Source: Mytilus edulis (lineage: Eukaryota). Taken from it: 64,000 nt of DNA. This document shows, piece after piece, positions 1-14,000 of the stretch (positions within the stretch are counted from its first letter, which is position 1; the number at the start of each line of letters is the position of its first letter). Where the stretch lies: assembly GCF_963676685.1 (NCBI RefSeq), contig NC_092354.1:77438001-77502000 (forward strand). Direction: 5' to 3'. The notes under the pieces were generated by a model. The model was not told where the DNA came from. It did not search any database and saw only the letters and a program-made list of their open reading frames with translations. Made by a program: the position numbers and the translations under genes.

Positions 1-3000
1 CGTTTGGGTTCCCTGTACAGAAGCGTTGACTATATACTGGCGGTTGAGGTCCTAAAATAATATGATTTATATAAAACAGTTATAATAAAGTGATATCTCA
101 CAATTCTTTTTTTTATAATTATTTTATGCAAATGATATATGCCGGATTTGTTATAACATGAGCAACACGACGGGTGCCACATGTGGCACAGGATCTGATA
201 TCCCCCCTAGTTTTCGATGGGGTTCGTGTTGCTTATTCTATAGTTTCTATGTTGTGTCATGTGTACTATTGTTTGTCTGTTTGTCTTTTTCAATTTTACC
301 CATGGCGTTGTCATTTTATTTTCGATTTGTGAGTTTTACTGTCTCACTGGTATCTTTCGTCCCTCTTTTTAAACACACTATATTCTCCATTTTCCCTAAT
401 CACTATTTTTGGCCACATATCTCTTTTGCAGCTCCTTTTTTAATCTACCTCATATAGTTAACAGTCTCGACCGCTTTAGACTTAGTCTTGGCCATCAAAT
501 TTCGTCTCAGCTAGTCTAAATCAACCTATAAAACTCAATTATCTACCCCTGGAGAGGAGTATAGATATTACGAAATTCCAGGTTTTTATTGTAGTTTGGT
601 TCATTGCTGTCAAATGAAGGGATTTAGTAAAAAGGTTTAAAAAACTAGAAATTTCAGTTCTTATTAAATTGAAATATCCACCTTTGATTGCTATGATAGT
701 TTTCAAATCAACTAGAGTTTTCAAAAAACTCTACAGCTATCTTAATATTACTTTGATCTAAAGAATGGCAGGTTGTTTTGTAAACTGGTGCATTGCTGTC
801 AAATCTAAGTATTTAATTCATAGGTATAAAAAAGCTAGAATTTTAAGTACGTACTTTTTTTAGCAAGTGCCCTTTAAAATGTATGTTACTTTTTCAACTC
901 AAATTGGATTTTCTTTAAACTATACAGCTATTTCAGTTATATATTGATCTAACAAAATGCCAGGTTGTTTAGTACTGTGGTCTACGTTTTCATTTCTCAA
1001 GATTACATTTTTAGGTAAAAATTTAAAAATAGTTAAGACTAAATTCAGATAGTCATCTTTTTTAAAAACTTCTATAAAATTTTCAAATCATCTTGGATTT
1101 TTGTTCAAATCAACAGCTACATAAATTGATCTTATAAAATACCAGGCTATTTGGTTAATTGGTTAAATGCTGTTTTGATTTATAAGTATTTATCTGAATT
1201 TAGCAAAACTAATTTCTTTGCTTTTTTTCTATCAATAAAATCCAAAAATATGACTACAATACACCAAACAAAACAACCTGGTATATATAATTGAAATAGC
1301 TGTAGAGTTTTATGAAAATCTAAGTAGATTTGAAAATCTGAAATGCTTTTTTACCTATTACATTTTTTACGACGGGGTCTTTTATGGCCGACTATATGAT
1401 TGTTTGGTTTTTTTTTCATTGTTGTAGACTGTACGGTACCCTATAATTGGTTTATATTATATCTTCTTTATTTGAACTCTGGTCGATATTGGTCTCGTTT
1501 GCAATCGTACCATATCTCCTTATGTTTATAATAATTTGCGTATTTAAAACAATCATTCTTATCCTTGCTTTAAGATAAAAACAGATCCAGCAATCTTATT
1601 TTAACCATCTAAAATGTATACCATAACACCAACTTTTCATCAATATATCATAAAATCTCTATCCATCTGATAATGTTTACTTTCTCAAATAAAATGCATC
1701 AAATGTTAAATGCTGATTTTGATTTTCACGGCCTATTTTCTTTTCTTATTACAACCAATTTCACATGATTAAATTCTTTGGGGATTACCTCTATTTATAG
1801 GGATCTGACGAATCATGTTTATCAAGAACAAATAATTAATTATACACCTATTCTCTACGGATGCTTATCGTTTAAAACGTACAAGTAAATAACACGAGAT
1901 AGGGACATTACTATAGTTCATTTACTCTTATAGTATTAATGCTTAATTTGAAGGGGTTATTGATGTATGGAAACCAAGTTTGTGTGAATTACGTTTGTAG
2001 GTGATCGGCATTGGTTACACACATCAGCAAACAAATACCTATGAAATCCACCAACAATATTCATTAGAAGCAAAATAAATTTACAGAAACAATGGGACTT
2101 GCTACCGGTTTGTTACTAACAGGTGCAACCTTTTGGTGGGGCTCATGGGGCTTAGTCTTTTGTTTTCTATATATTTTGTTGTGTATACTATTGTTTGTCT
2201 ATTGATTTCATTTTCGTTTTTGTCATACTGTGGTCAGTTTACTTTCGATTTATGAGTTTTAATGTCCATTTTTCGCCACTTTTTATAGAACTATTGTAGG
2301 AATGTATTATTTAAACATCATTGTGTACATGGCGCTTATTTACTAAATTATTTACAATATTAGAATTATCAATTGCATAGTATTCTATATATATTTTACT
2401 AACATTTAATTGAATTCAGAAAAACTTATAGATTATCAATTACTTACCTTTACATGTTTTAAAACAGTTATCTGAAAATAAAAAAAAATATACATAGAGT
2501 GATTGATTGGTTTATAAAAAGGAAGATGAGGTGTGAATGCCAATGAGACAACTCTTTACAAGAGACCAAATGGCACAGAAATTAACTACTGTAGGTCATC
2601 GTACAACCTGCGATAATGTGCAAAGCAAACTCATACAGCTATAAAGAACCTCCAATTGACAAAAGAGAAAACTTACGGTCTAATTTATGTACAAAATAAT
2701 AAACGAAACACAAACTGTTACACTGCAACAAATGACAACTACTAATGATCACTAATCTACAGGCACCTGACTAATTATGAATACCATGAACATATATTTG
2801 CAAACGTTAACATATTATAATTTAAGACGACTGACATGCGTTTGAAATACTAAGGCTTTTTTTTTACCTCAGACATAGATTACATTAGCTGTATTTTGCA
2901 AAAAGTTTAGGAATTTTGGTCCTCAATGTTCTTTTTACCTTATTTGGCCTTTTTAACTTTTTTGGATTCTAGCGTCACTGATGAGTCTTTTGTAGACGAA

Positions 3001-4418
3001 ACGCCCGTCTGATGTATATACTAAATTTAGTCCTGGTATCTATGATGAGTTTATTTGTATATTCTTCCAATTCCGTGTCTCTTTGATCAACAAAATATTT
3101 AGAAACTCTGTTTATGGTTTGCGTGAACCTCAAAATATTTGTCAATTTGTGCATGTGCATGAGTTCGATGGGCTAAAATTAATTGCTGTCGTTGTCTGGG
3201 TTTTGCTGATACTTTTGATATTACCTTCAACGTTTGTATTACGTTCGGATTTTTAAATATTTCGGCCTCTTGTATCAAACTGAAAATATATTTATGTCAA
3301 CATGTGCATCTTTTCAGTGAAGTTGGTTAAGTTTAGTACTATATGCTGTTAAATACTAGTTAACAAATGACTGTCATCAGTAGGAACGGAGTGACATTTT
3401 AATAGTAACATAAACTAAGTGCGGTAATGCTTTATGTCAAAATGTTTCAACAATAAGTACACCTGTGTTATCTTCTGCGGATTGGTTGCAGATTGACTTT
3501 TATGTTAATACAATTAAAGATAAAACCAAATTAGGAACACATCTAATCTTCGTCATTATAGATATAGACATCAACACAAAGATACAAAATCACAAAACGA
3601 AGAGTAGATTTACACAAATGGGACGTGGTATGATCAAACCTATAGCTTATTAAACAACAACTAATCTAGTGTTTATAATCAACGGGGTTGTAATGGGGAA
3701 TCGTTTTACAAAAACCACTTGTATTCTAAGTCTAATAATCAACGAGAAACGTGCAATGAGCGAACGAGCGAACATAAAGCTACTTCACATAGGAATTGAC
3801 GAGAACGCGCCTGGAAAGAACAGTCAAATTCAGATAAAATAAAATAGAAAAAGAATACTGTAAAATAACTTATTTTCGCGCCTTTTCTAGCCGACTTTGT
3901 TTTGCCTTTTCTAGCCGACTTTCCGGAGATTTAATTTTGCGATTTTCAAATTTACTTGATGTAATTAGACAAGCAAAGATCAAAGATTTCCATATTCGGC
4001 ACGATTGGTATTCGCGTTATGTTTCTACTCGCGATAGTCTCGAAAACAAATCGCTCGCCAAAAATAAGTTGGTAATACAGTATATCGAATGTAAATTAAA
4101 TATCTCACCTGTTTTATGTACTGTATTCCAACCTGTTGTTTGTATTGTCCTTAAAACAGGACACACAGACGTTCCAATGTAACACTGTTTTGTTATAGAA
4201 TTAAATGAAGCCAGAAAACAATCATCATTTCGTCCACATTTTGTTGCACATTCCGTTGACGAACGGACTTTTATTTCTTGTAAATTAGATAGATCTGATA
4301 TCTTTTTATCTTTTTCCATAAAATAAAATATTGATTTTACATTGGCCGAAGATGAAAGAGATGTTAATGTAACAAAGCATAAGATTTCCAGAGAAAATAT
4401 TTTTTCCCTTGTCTGCAT
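1..4418 (-). CDS. Secreted PAN/Apple-domain protein, 3' part outside window; coding exons 4418-4109, 2471-2448, 51-<1
   Basis: ATG at 4418 gives a signal-like MQTREKIFSLEILCFVTLTSLSSSA, then the PAN-type pattern STECATKCGRNDDCFLASFNSITKQCYIG. Donor GTGAGA follows 4109. A 24-nt micro-exon (ttttcag...gtaagt) adds DNCFKTCK. Acceptor ttattttag at 52-60 gives GPQPPVYSQRFCTGNPN. All junctions are phase 1 and in frame. Confidence 0.75.
520..1345. repeat. Degenerate ~190-bp tandem repeat (about 3.5 units) followed by an inverted partial unit
   Basis: The motif tttcaaatca...acagcta...ttgatct...caggttgttt recurs near 701, 892 and 1081; its reverse complement lies at ~1265-1340. Confidence 0.65.
2972..3015 (+). 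ncRNA. Minimal type-I hammerhead ribozyme within a Penelope/retrozyme-like repeat (~2850-3056)
   Basis: GCGTCA-CTGATGA-GTCT(TTTGT)AGAC-GAAA-C(GCCC)G-TC-TGATGT. The conserved core is present and stems I-III pair (two G-U pairs in stem I). Predicted cleavage is after C3009. Confidence 0.85.
3856..4082. mobile_element. MITE with TACTGTA...TACAGTA termini in intron 1 of the PAN gene
   Basis: Imperfect TIRs tactgtaaaataacttattttcgcg / cgccaaaaataagttggtaatacagta. Confidence 0.6.
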
Positions 4419-6829
4419 TGTTGAAAGATTTTTAAATGAAATTAAATCACAGCCAACATTTCCGATAAGATAATCAGTCAATGGTAATATGTTTATTGGA
4501 TTTCATTATTGTAACTACTGCGGTGTTGTTTAACTAGCATTGATCCAATCAGCATGTGGCATGCATTCATTAGACCTAGGTGAAATTAAAAAAGGAACAG
4601 CTTACAACTTGCACTGGTTTCTTGAAGTATTCTTCGGGATAGTAATACTTTCTTTTTTAGTTTATGGTATTTGTTTGTTATGTATCGCAAATGTCTAATT
4701 AAGTAAAATATTTGAATTACGCCACATACATTTAAATTTTAGGACAAGCATTTGAATGATGTTTACTACGTAGTCTTGCCTCTAATTGTATTTGAAATTT
4801 TCTGTTATAATATACATATATATATATTTATGATTAAAATATTGCTTCTGGTTTGAAATAAGCTATAAGATAAAAATGCAATGCACTATTATTTATTCGG
4901 AATACAAGAATAACACAATTGGAGTTCATTACATGCAATTTGACTAAATTATTGATTCTTTGTCCAAGCTTTACTATTAGTATACAATACTTTATTATTA
5001 AACATCAGACGCATAGGTGTACAAGAGGACATCATATATACTCAATACTTTATACTTAACATAATAATGCATGCACGGCAAAATACAGCAACATGTCAAT
5101 TTACAAATTACTATAACATTCAACTCAAATAAGACAAACATAATCATAAATATCGTTTAAAGTTATTTAAAAAAAAATTGCATGACAACGTATTAAAAGC
5201 TGTTTTAATTTGTACATGTTGGATTTGCATTATACTATTGTGGTACATATTTATTCCGAAGCTGTTTTATTTCCGGTTTTTGACATTTAAATAGATAATT
5301 AAATTCATCTCCTACTCATTTTAACAGAGATAACAAATTCGCTCTTTTTGAGTAAATAGTTTTCCAAATTAATTCCTGTTTGCATTTTGTATAGATTGAA
5401 CCTATTGAAGAGTTATTCATTAAGAAAGAGAAATGTTGGATACATTGATAATTCAGTTGTTGTGAAATTATGTTCTTTAAGCCCAGTTTATCCATTGGAA
5501 GTTGATCTTACCAAGTAAAAGTAATTCCAGTTTCGTCAAATATTTTTGTCAAATATGAATTTTACGCACGTCATTTATCAATTTAAATTGTGTGGGGTAT
5601 CAAAAATGTAATTTGAGCATTTATTTATACACGTAGGATCACTTTCTGTTCTAGTAATTATAGCGGCAGCCAATGAAATAGCTAAATAAAGCTATATAGT
5701 CCAAACAACATGCTATCTAGCGAATACAAAATGGCGCCGTGAAGGTTATCTCTAATGACGCCATTTTCATAGGCTAGCCATATACATGTAGCATATCGTT
5801 CAACATATATAGATGTCTAAGACAAAGCTTTTATACTAGCTGCTGCGATATTGAACGCAATCAGGATAAATTCACTCTTATCAAATTCACGTAATTTTCA
5901 ATTCATGTCAATATCACGTGAATTTCACCTCAGACGAGGAGGGAAGAAATATACCAATGGGACAGTCAAACTCATAGATAAAAATATAAAATGACAACGT
6001 CATGGCTAAAAAACGAAAAAGACAAACAGACAAATAATTGTACACTAGACAAAACATAGAAAACTAAAGACTAAGCTACACGAGTTTATACCTGAAACTA
6101 GCATGCATGCAATTCTTTTCACATGCAATTCACGTGCATTTTTAAAATAAAATAATAAGATTAACGAAAAAAATGAATTAAAATCATGAAAACTACCAAT
6201 GGTTGTTTTTTCAAAGTTCACAAATTTCGTGTCAAATATTTTTACCCAAGTTTCCATATAACAGTTTATGTACGTCAATAACAGTTTTCTTGGTTGACCT
6301 TCATCGTTGACCTTTCAAGGCCGAAATCTGAAAACCAATGGTGTATACAGTTTATAGTCTTTCTCCGACACAAGAAAGGACAACACTGTATTGGCATGAC
6401 TCCAACAATTCATTTGACTATACATAAGTTTTAATTGATGTTTTTATTGGTAGACACTTTTCATATGCTCAAGCAGTTACAAAACTGTATCAGTTTTCAA
6501 TAGAAGTTATATATCAAATACTTTGATATCGTAGTTTTTATTATCAACAAATATCTGATCTTTTACATGTTATGTGTCAGGGTATATACCATATTTATTA
6601 TTTATTATATTTATTCTGTTTTGACATTTATACTCCATGGATGGAACATTAAATGTGCATGATTTAAAAAAAATTTACGCATCCTTTCCATTTTTATGCT
6701 ATCGACTACTCGTCAAAAAATATTTCACTCGGTCTGTTTTGTTGAAAAATATGGAAACTAATTTATTGTTGTGAGGTTTACGGATTGTCAAATTTAGTAA
6801 ACAGCAAAAAGAAACATGGATATTGGGAA

Positions 6830-7980
6830 AAAAGTAAAATCACAAAAATACTGAACTCCGAGCAAATTTCAAAACGGAAAGTCACTTATGATTTATCAAG
6901 TGGCAAAATCAAATGATAAAACACATCAAACGAATGGACATCAATTGTCATATTCCTTACTTGGTACAGGCATTTTCAAATGTAGAAAATGGTGGATTGA
7001 ACCTGGTTTTATAGCGGTAAACCTCTCCCTTGTATTACTGTCGCATCAAATTCTGTTATATTTACAACGGTGCGTGAACAAAATAGACATAATCGGTAAA
7101 ATATCAAAAAATATGGTTACAGCAGTCATCACTTTGTTACAATCTCAAAACAAACAAACATTTACAAAAAAGCACAATAAGCATCTATCAAATTAAAAAG
7201 ACACATTCCTTGTTTTGCGTATAAGGCGTCAGAAAATATAAACGTCAAATAGGAAGAAATTTTGTCGTTCAATGTATATTCAAAACATTTATAAATTTCA
7301 CATGGGTAATAGTGGTATGCAGGGTTAAAAATCAAAAGTTATGTTAAAATTAATTTAAGAAACGGACCAAGATTCAAGTTCTTTAGAATTTTAAAAAAAC
7401 CATATATGGTTAATACCACTACGCGGGTAAAATAATTTTGTCGTTTGTGGTTCAAAGTATTATCAAATTAATAATAGAACAATAACATAATGACGGGATC
7501 TTTAAAAGTTCAGAGTCACGTTATAAGAACCAAAGAAACACAAAAAACCCATATTCAAAATACACCAGCAAAAAGGAAAGAAAATGCAAACACATTGACG
7601 GGATGAATAAGTACCGAGCCACGTCAAATGGAAAAGTCTACATCCAAATAAGAAACTCCAGTATACTGATCACTTGTTCCTCTGTGTAGCATGCTTTACC
7701 CTTTTGTTCATCTTTAACAAAATATGCCTTATGATATACTCAAGTAATAAATTTATAGCGTATGCTACCATTTTTATGTTAAAAGGCATTGCGGATTATT
7801 TCTGTCAGGCGATTTTTCAATTTCACATGGGGAATGGTGGTATTCAGGGTTGAAAAATCAAAAGTTTTGATAGAACTTATTTCAGAAAAAGACCAAGATT
7901 TAAAATTATCTACAAATTCTTTAAAAACTTTTAGAATCCACATATGGTAAATACAACTACGCACTTGAGGTAAGCACGTG
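6830..7980 (-). mobile_element. Penelope-like retroelement relic (RT fragment plus terminal region)
   Basis: ORF 7779-7994 contains SIKTFDFSTLNTTIPHVKLKNRL, a PLE RT motif (FDFSTLYT.IPH). A second degenerate copy of this segment is near 7295-7425. The end sequence aagtaaaatcacaaaaatactgaact recurs at ~58302. Confidence 0.7.
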
Positions 7981-7984
7981 TATA

Positions 7985-10029
7985 ACATGTACACTAAGAT
8001 AGTTTATTCCGATGACGGTCCGATGCGTATTGCAATCATCGGATTATTACGAGAGAGGTCACGCTGAGGTAACTCTATACGGAAAACATGTCGGCGAATT
8101 ATTGTCTGGGAAGCCAACATTTTTCAAAAATGTAAAAGTCTTCTAAATTTGAACAAATTAAGAAGTTTTCTTTAGCAAAAAATATATATACATACGTTTT
8201 TGTTAACAAAAAGTAGTCATTTAATTAAAAAACATGATTTTGCATTTTTGTTTTATTTCGAGTTGCATTTGTCTTTATATATTAATCTGTATTAGGTCTT
8301 TCCCAAACGGAATACAAAAGCAGACAATGACTAGAAGAGAAGCACAGTGGTTTCCATGGGACGGTCTGTGGTAAATTGGTTTTCACACAAAACTTAAAAT
8401 AATTGCTAATTGAATTTAAAAAAAAGAATGACATATGCTATTTATGTTATTGAAAAATGCCCTACATTTCCTTGACACTTAATTAGTTATTCAGTAAAAG
8501 ATATGCAAAATTTCAGTTCAAAACTGTTAGAAACTTTTGTCACGTAGGCCTACTATGAATTTCATTCACAAATAGCACATGATAGTAAAAAATAGCAATT
8601 AGAAATAAAACAAAAGCTTTCTCTGGTTTTCCATTTCAAAAATAATAATAAAGCTAGAACAGTGTATCTCTCCAATCCTATTATGAGAACAGTTTTCTAT
8701 TCGAATTAGTCCAAAGTTTTCTACGCAATAAAAATGCACAGCTGATTTCAATGTTTATCAATGAACCAATTGTTCTTGTGTATTGTGATCAACAATAGTG
8801 CATTAATATTAACACTGTTAGTGTGTTGGGGCTGTCAAATTAGCTGTTTATTATCCTTTATTATATTTTTTCTAATTTCAATGGCATTATTACATTGGTC
8901 ACTCCGTTCACATAAACAAATATTTCAACAGAACAGCAGTTGAAATGAGTTTGATAAAAGAAAGAAATGTCACTTTTGTTGTTATAAGAGGCTCCAGTGG
9001 ATTTTACATGTACACTAAGATAGTTTATTCCGATGACGGTCCGATGCGTATTGCAATCATCGGATTATTACGAGAGAGGTCACGCTGAGGTAACTCTATA
9101 CGGAAAACATGTCGGCGAATTATTGTCTGGGAAGCCAACATTTTTCAAAAATGTAAAAGTCTTCTAAATTTGAACAAATTAAGAAGTTTTCTTTAGCAAA
9201 AAATATATATACATACGTTTTTGTTAACAAAAAGTAGTCATTTAATTAAAAAACATGATTTTGCATTTTTGTTTTATTTCGAGTTGCATTTGTCTTTATA
9301 TATTAATCTGTATTAGGTCTTTCCCAAACGGAATACAAAAGCAGACAATGACTAGAAGAGAAGCACAGTGGTTTCCATGGGACGGTCTGTGGTAAATTGG
9401 TTTTCACACAAAACTTAAAATAATTGCTAATTGAATTTAAAAAAAAGAATGACATATGCTATTTATGTTATTGAAAAATGCCCTACATTTCCTTGACACT
9501 TAATTAGTTATTCAGTAAAAGATATGCAAAATTTCAGTTCAAAACTGTTAGAAACTTTTGTCACGTAGGCCTACTATGAATTTCATTCACAAATAGCACA
9601 TGATAGTAAAAAATAGCAATTAGAAATAAAACAAAAGCTTTCTCTGGTTTTCCATTTCAAAAATAATAATAAAGCTAGAACAGTGTATCTCTCCAATCCT
9701 ATTATGAGAACAGTTTTCTATTCGAATTAGTCCAAAGTTTTCTACGCAATAAAAATGCACAGCTGATTTCAATGTTTATCAATGAACCAATTGTTCTTGT
9801 GTATTGTGATCAACAATAGTGCATTAATATTAACACTGTTAGTGTGTTGGGGCTGTCAAATTAGCTGTTTATTATCCTTTATTATATTTTTTCTAATTTC
9901 AATGGCATTATTACATTGGTCACTCCGTTCACATAAACAAATATTTCAACAGAACAGCAGTTGAAATGAGTTTGATAAAAGAAAGAAATGTCACTTTTGT
10001 TGTTATAAGAGGCTCCAGTGGATTTTACA
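7985..10029. repeat. Apparently identical 1021-bp tandem duplication (7985-9008 / 9006-10029)
   Basis: Identical ORFs at 8761 and 9782 (offset 1021). The junction has 3-bp ACA microhomology. Confidence 0.95.
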
Positions 10030-10639
10030 GAATAAAGAATAATGATAAAAAAAAAAGACAGAATGGATTACTTATAAAAAAATTAGAGAATAAAAGGCAA
10101 ACATTATGAAGAATAGGGTAAAATGGGGTTCTTAAAATTATAACATGTATAAGGCATAGAATAACATTTGCAAAAATAATAAGAATTCAGACAAAATGAT
10201 AATAAAAAAAAAGAGTACCACACATCTAGAATCTAGAATCTAGAATCTTATAAACAGTAATTTAGACAAAACGGCTGGCATTTGGTATATCGATATTTTT
10301 TTCGATAAAGAATAAGTAGCCTTTACGGTGGTCAAGTACTGCGATGGGGTCAATCGCGTAGGAAATCTTAGCAGGATCAATAAATTAATTAATTGAATTA
10401 TGACGAAACATTCTGAAAAATTTAAAACTGTCTATCAAAGTGATTATCTTTATGATAACGATCAGTATATTAGAAAATCAAAGATTAAAATATTACCGTT
10501 TAACAATACTAGAAAAACAAGATTGCTCTCTTAAACATTTCAATGATATAAAATATGTAAACAAACTGTCTCATCAAAAGGTTGCCAAAGAAAAAATACA
10601 AAAAGAAATAAAATATAAATGTGTAACCGCAGAAATGAG

Positions 10640-10940
10640 TAACTTAAGCAGAATTTGCCAAAACTTTTGGGAACTGTTGATCATCAATGCTTTTCAACTT
10701 CGTACTTTATTTGGCCTTTTTAACTTTTTTTTATTCGAGCGTCACTGATGAGTCTTTTGTAGAGGAACGTGCGTGTGGTGCAAATACAAAATTTCAATCC
10801 TTGTATCTATGATGAGTTTATTAACAATCACTAGGTCGATGCCACTGCTTGTGAAGTTTTTTTATTCCCTGAGGGTATCACCAGCCCAGTAGTCAGCACT
10901 TCTGTGTTGTATGAATTATCATCGATATGGTCATACATAT
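10640..10940 (+). mobile_element. Retrozyme/PLE-like repeat carrying a degenerate hammerhead (10739-10781)
   Basis: Same flanks as the 2972 copy and CTGATGAGTCTTTTGTAGA, but the GAAA core and GTC cleavage triplet are mutated (gaggaacgtgcgtgtgg). Confidence 0.75.
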
Positions 10941-11049
10941 AAATCCTCATTAACTCTTTTGATTTTACTTACATAGTTTACAGTGCATGCACCAATATGT
11001 TTATTCCCGCCATTCCATAGCATTGACACATGTGTTACTTACAAACGCT

Positions 11050-14000
11050 TCTTTTTCGGGTTTGCCTCGCGGAAAATCGATTATATTTTAGGACGAAAAT
11101 GTACTCCCAAATTGGGTTGTGTGATTTGACCTCAGCTCAGAGAAATGTTTGAAACGGTAATTTGGTAAATGTAGAATTAATTAAAAGAACGAAGATAACC
11201 TATATACCAAAGGGAACAGCATTCAATATACTACATGGTGAGAAGAAGAGAATAAACGCATAATAATGACTTATTTTTTTACCTTTTGTGCAATTTATTT
11301 GAAGACAGCACTAAAAAAAGAACATTACACCTACATAAAATGAGAACAATTCCCTACTTTTGAACACCTTTATAAACCTTGTATCAATCATTGATAAAAG
11401 ATTACAGTCGGTAGAAAAATGAATTGACAAATTTGGTGAACTAAAAAATATTATTACATCTCTGACAAGTAGAGTTATTACAAATGAAAAAAGCTTACAA
11501 ACATGTCAAGGCAAAATAACCGAACTTGAAAACAACATACAAGAAGTAGGAAATTTATTCGATAACCTAATATCTCAATGGGATAAAAACAAGAGCCTCA
11601 ATGACAAGTATTCCAGTGAAATTGACAAAAACCAAAACAAGCATAAATAAGGTTTCCGAGGACATTTCTGAAATTAAGTCACAAAGTACTTCCACTGAAT
11701 GTAACTGCCAAAATGAACTAGAGCATCTCAAAGAAAGAGTAATTGACTTATCTTGTCCCTCTGTGAAGAACAATCTCATCTTTACTGGTCTTTATGGGGT
11801 AAGAGATGAAAACACCGAAGAACTTCTCCGAGGTTTCCTCTATAATGAAATTGGTATTGATCACAAAATTGAATTTGGTGATGTCCACCGTTTTGGACGA
11901 AGTCAGCGTGGTATGAGACCATTCGTCGCACGATTAATCCTATATCAATACGATTTGCAGTATGTGCTAGAAAATGCTTACAGGTTACAAAATACTAGAT
12001 ATGGTATTAAACAGCAGTTTCTGAAAGAAATAGAAGACAGAAGGAAAAATTGAATCCAATCATGAAGGGAGCAAAGCACAATAGAAGAAATGTGAAACTT
12101 GTTCGCGACCGACTCTATATCAACAATGAACTGTATGAGATACACGATGACAACGACACATTTGACCGCCAAAGACATCCAAAAGAACGTAAGGATGCCA
12201 CACCTGGAAACAAACATTCGACGCCAAACTCACAAGGAGATCGCAGATCCACGAAACGGCCTCGCAGAAACTCAACCCCTTCAAGATGGTAGGAGCGCCA
12301 AGGAGTGCACCACATTAACACTTCGAACTTAACGTTTTTGGCACAACTTTTGGGAATTTTTAATTCGCAACGGTCTTCAACTTTGTACATGCTTGGCTTT
12401 ATAAACATTTTGATATGAGCGTCACTGATGAGTCTTATGTAGACGAAACGCGCGTCTGACGTACTAAATTATAATCCTGGTACCTTTGATAACTTTTTAA
12501 GTCATGAATCTGGTGCTAAATGTAGGGAAATTGACAATGTAAATATAAGTGCCAATGATGTTTATATTGAAAACAGTAATCTTATAAATGATTTGTCTGA
12601 TTGTAATATATTTCGTGGGCAACAATATAATGTTATAAACCTATGTACTAATGATTATAATACAATAGATATAACACCCAGTAATATACCTGTAGGGAGT
12701 AATACATGTACTGATGAAATATATGATCAGATTAATATGATATTTGATGTAAATGTTGAGATTGAAAATGCAAACATTTTAGATGTTGACAATCCAAATG
12801 CTCTAAGCAGTGTATCTTTAGATCTGTCTCAGGCAAAAGCTACAAATATTCAAAACATAAACCTCATTTACATAAATTGTTGTGGCCTAAAACATAAGTT
12901 ACAATACCCAGAATTCGAAAATTTATTACAAAAACATGAAATTTTATGCTTTGTTGAGACCAAAACTGTTAATATGGATGAACTTTGTATTTCGGGATAT
13001 AAGATAAAAGCCAAAAATAGACTTAAGATATCTAGAGTGAAATCCGGTGGAATTGTACTCGGGTTTAGGGAAACTATCTCTGACTGTAGTCAAGTAATTA
13101 AGACACATAGTAAATTTGTTTTATGGTGTAAGATTTCAAGATTATTCAAAGACGGGGATGTTATTCTCTGTGTTGTGTACATACCGCCAGAATACACTGC
13201 TTATTTGTCACCTGATGCTTTCGGTGAAACTAAAAGCGAGTACCTATAACTCTCATCCAAATATGAAAATATAGTTATGTTCGCGAATTTTAACGCCCGC
13301 ACGGCCAGGATAAAGATTATATTTTTATTGACGAAAATGATAAAAAATAATGAGTTAGAAGGTTTATCTGTTAATGATGTATGTAACCTAAACCTTTTTA
13401 ATATACCTATAGATCGTAATAGTATGGACAAAGGGAAAAACCGTTACGGTAATCAATTACTTGATGTATGTAAATGTAACAGTTTATTATGAATGGAAGA
13501 CTAGCTACTGATGGAGTTGGAAAATTACCTGTAGAAACGCAAGTGTAGTAGACTATTGTTTATGTAATGTTAATTTTATTGCAAACATTATTAATTTGAA
13601 CGTTTTTAGAATTTTTGCATTTGTATTCATATGTAAATTTCGGATTGTATATATGTTTAAATTGTGATCAATCTGTAAATGAACACATTGAACAGAATAA
13701 TTTTACTAGTCAATCAAATATAAAAGTTAATAAATGGGATCACGAAAAGAAACCTGAATTAAGAGAGAATTTAAATTTTGAAAAACTAGACAGTTTATTA
13801 CATGTTTTAGTAAGTGTAGATTTGCAAAGTATTAATGATGACATGATAAACTCTTTTGTGGATGAGATCGGATTAATCCTAATAGAATCCACAAGGGAAA
13901 AATTTAGGAACAAGACCAGATAACCCGAAAAAACGAGCATACAAAAACATGTGGTGATGATATGATTATTAACGAATATATTAAGACTTCTGGCGATTTT

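Noticed and set aside
3255-3320. Possible fourth hammerhead (ctgaaaa...gtcaacatgtgcatct)
   Set aside because: Core nucleotides and stems are too degenerate to support a call.
8761-9964. Two identical 60-aa hydrophobic ORFs
   Set aside because: Produced by the 1021-bp duplication in AT-rich DNA; no domain or splice support.
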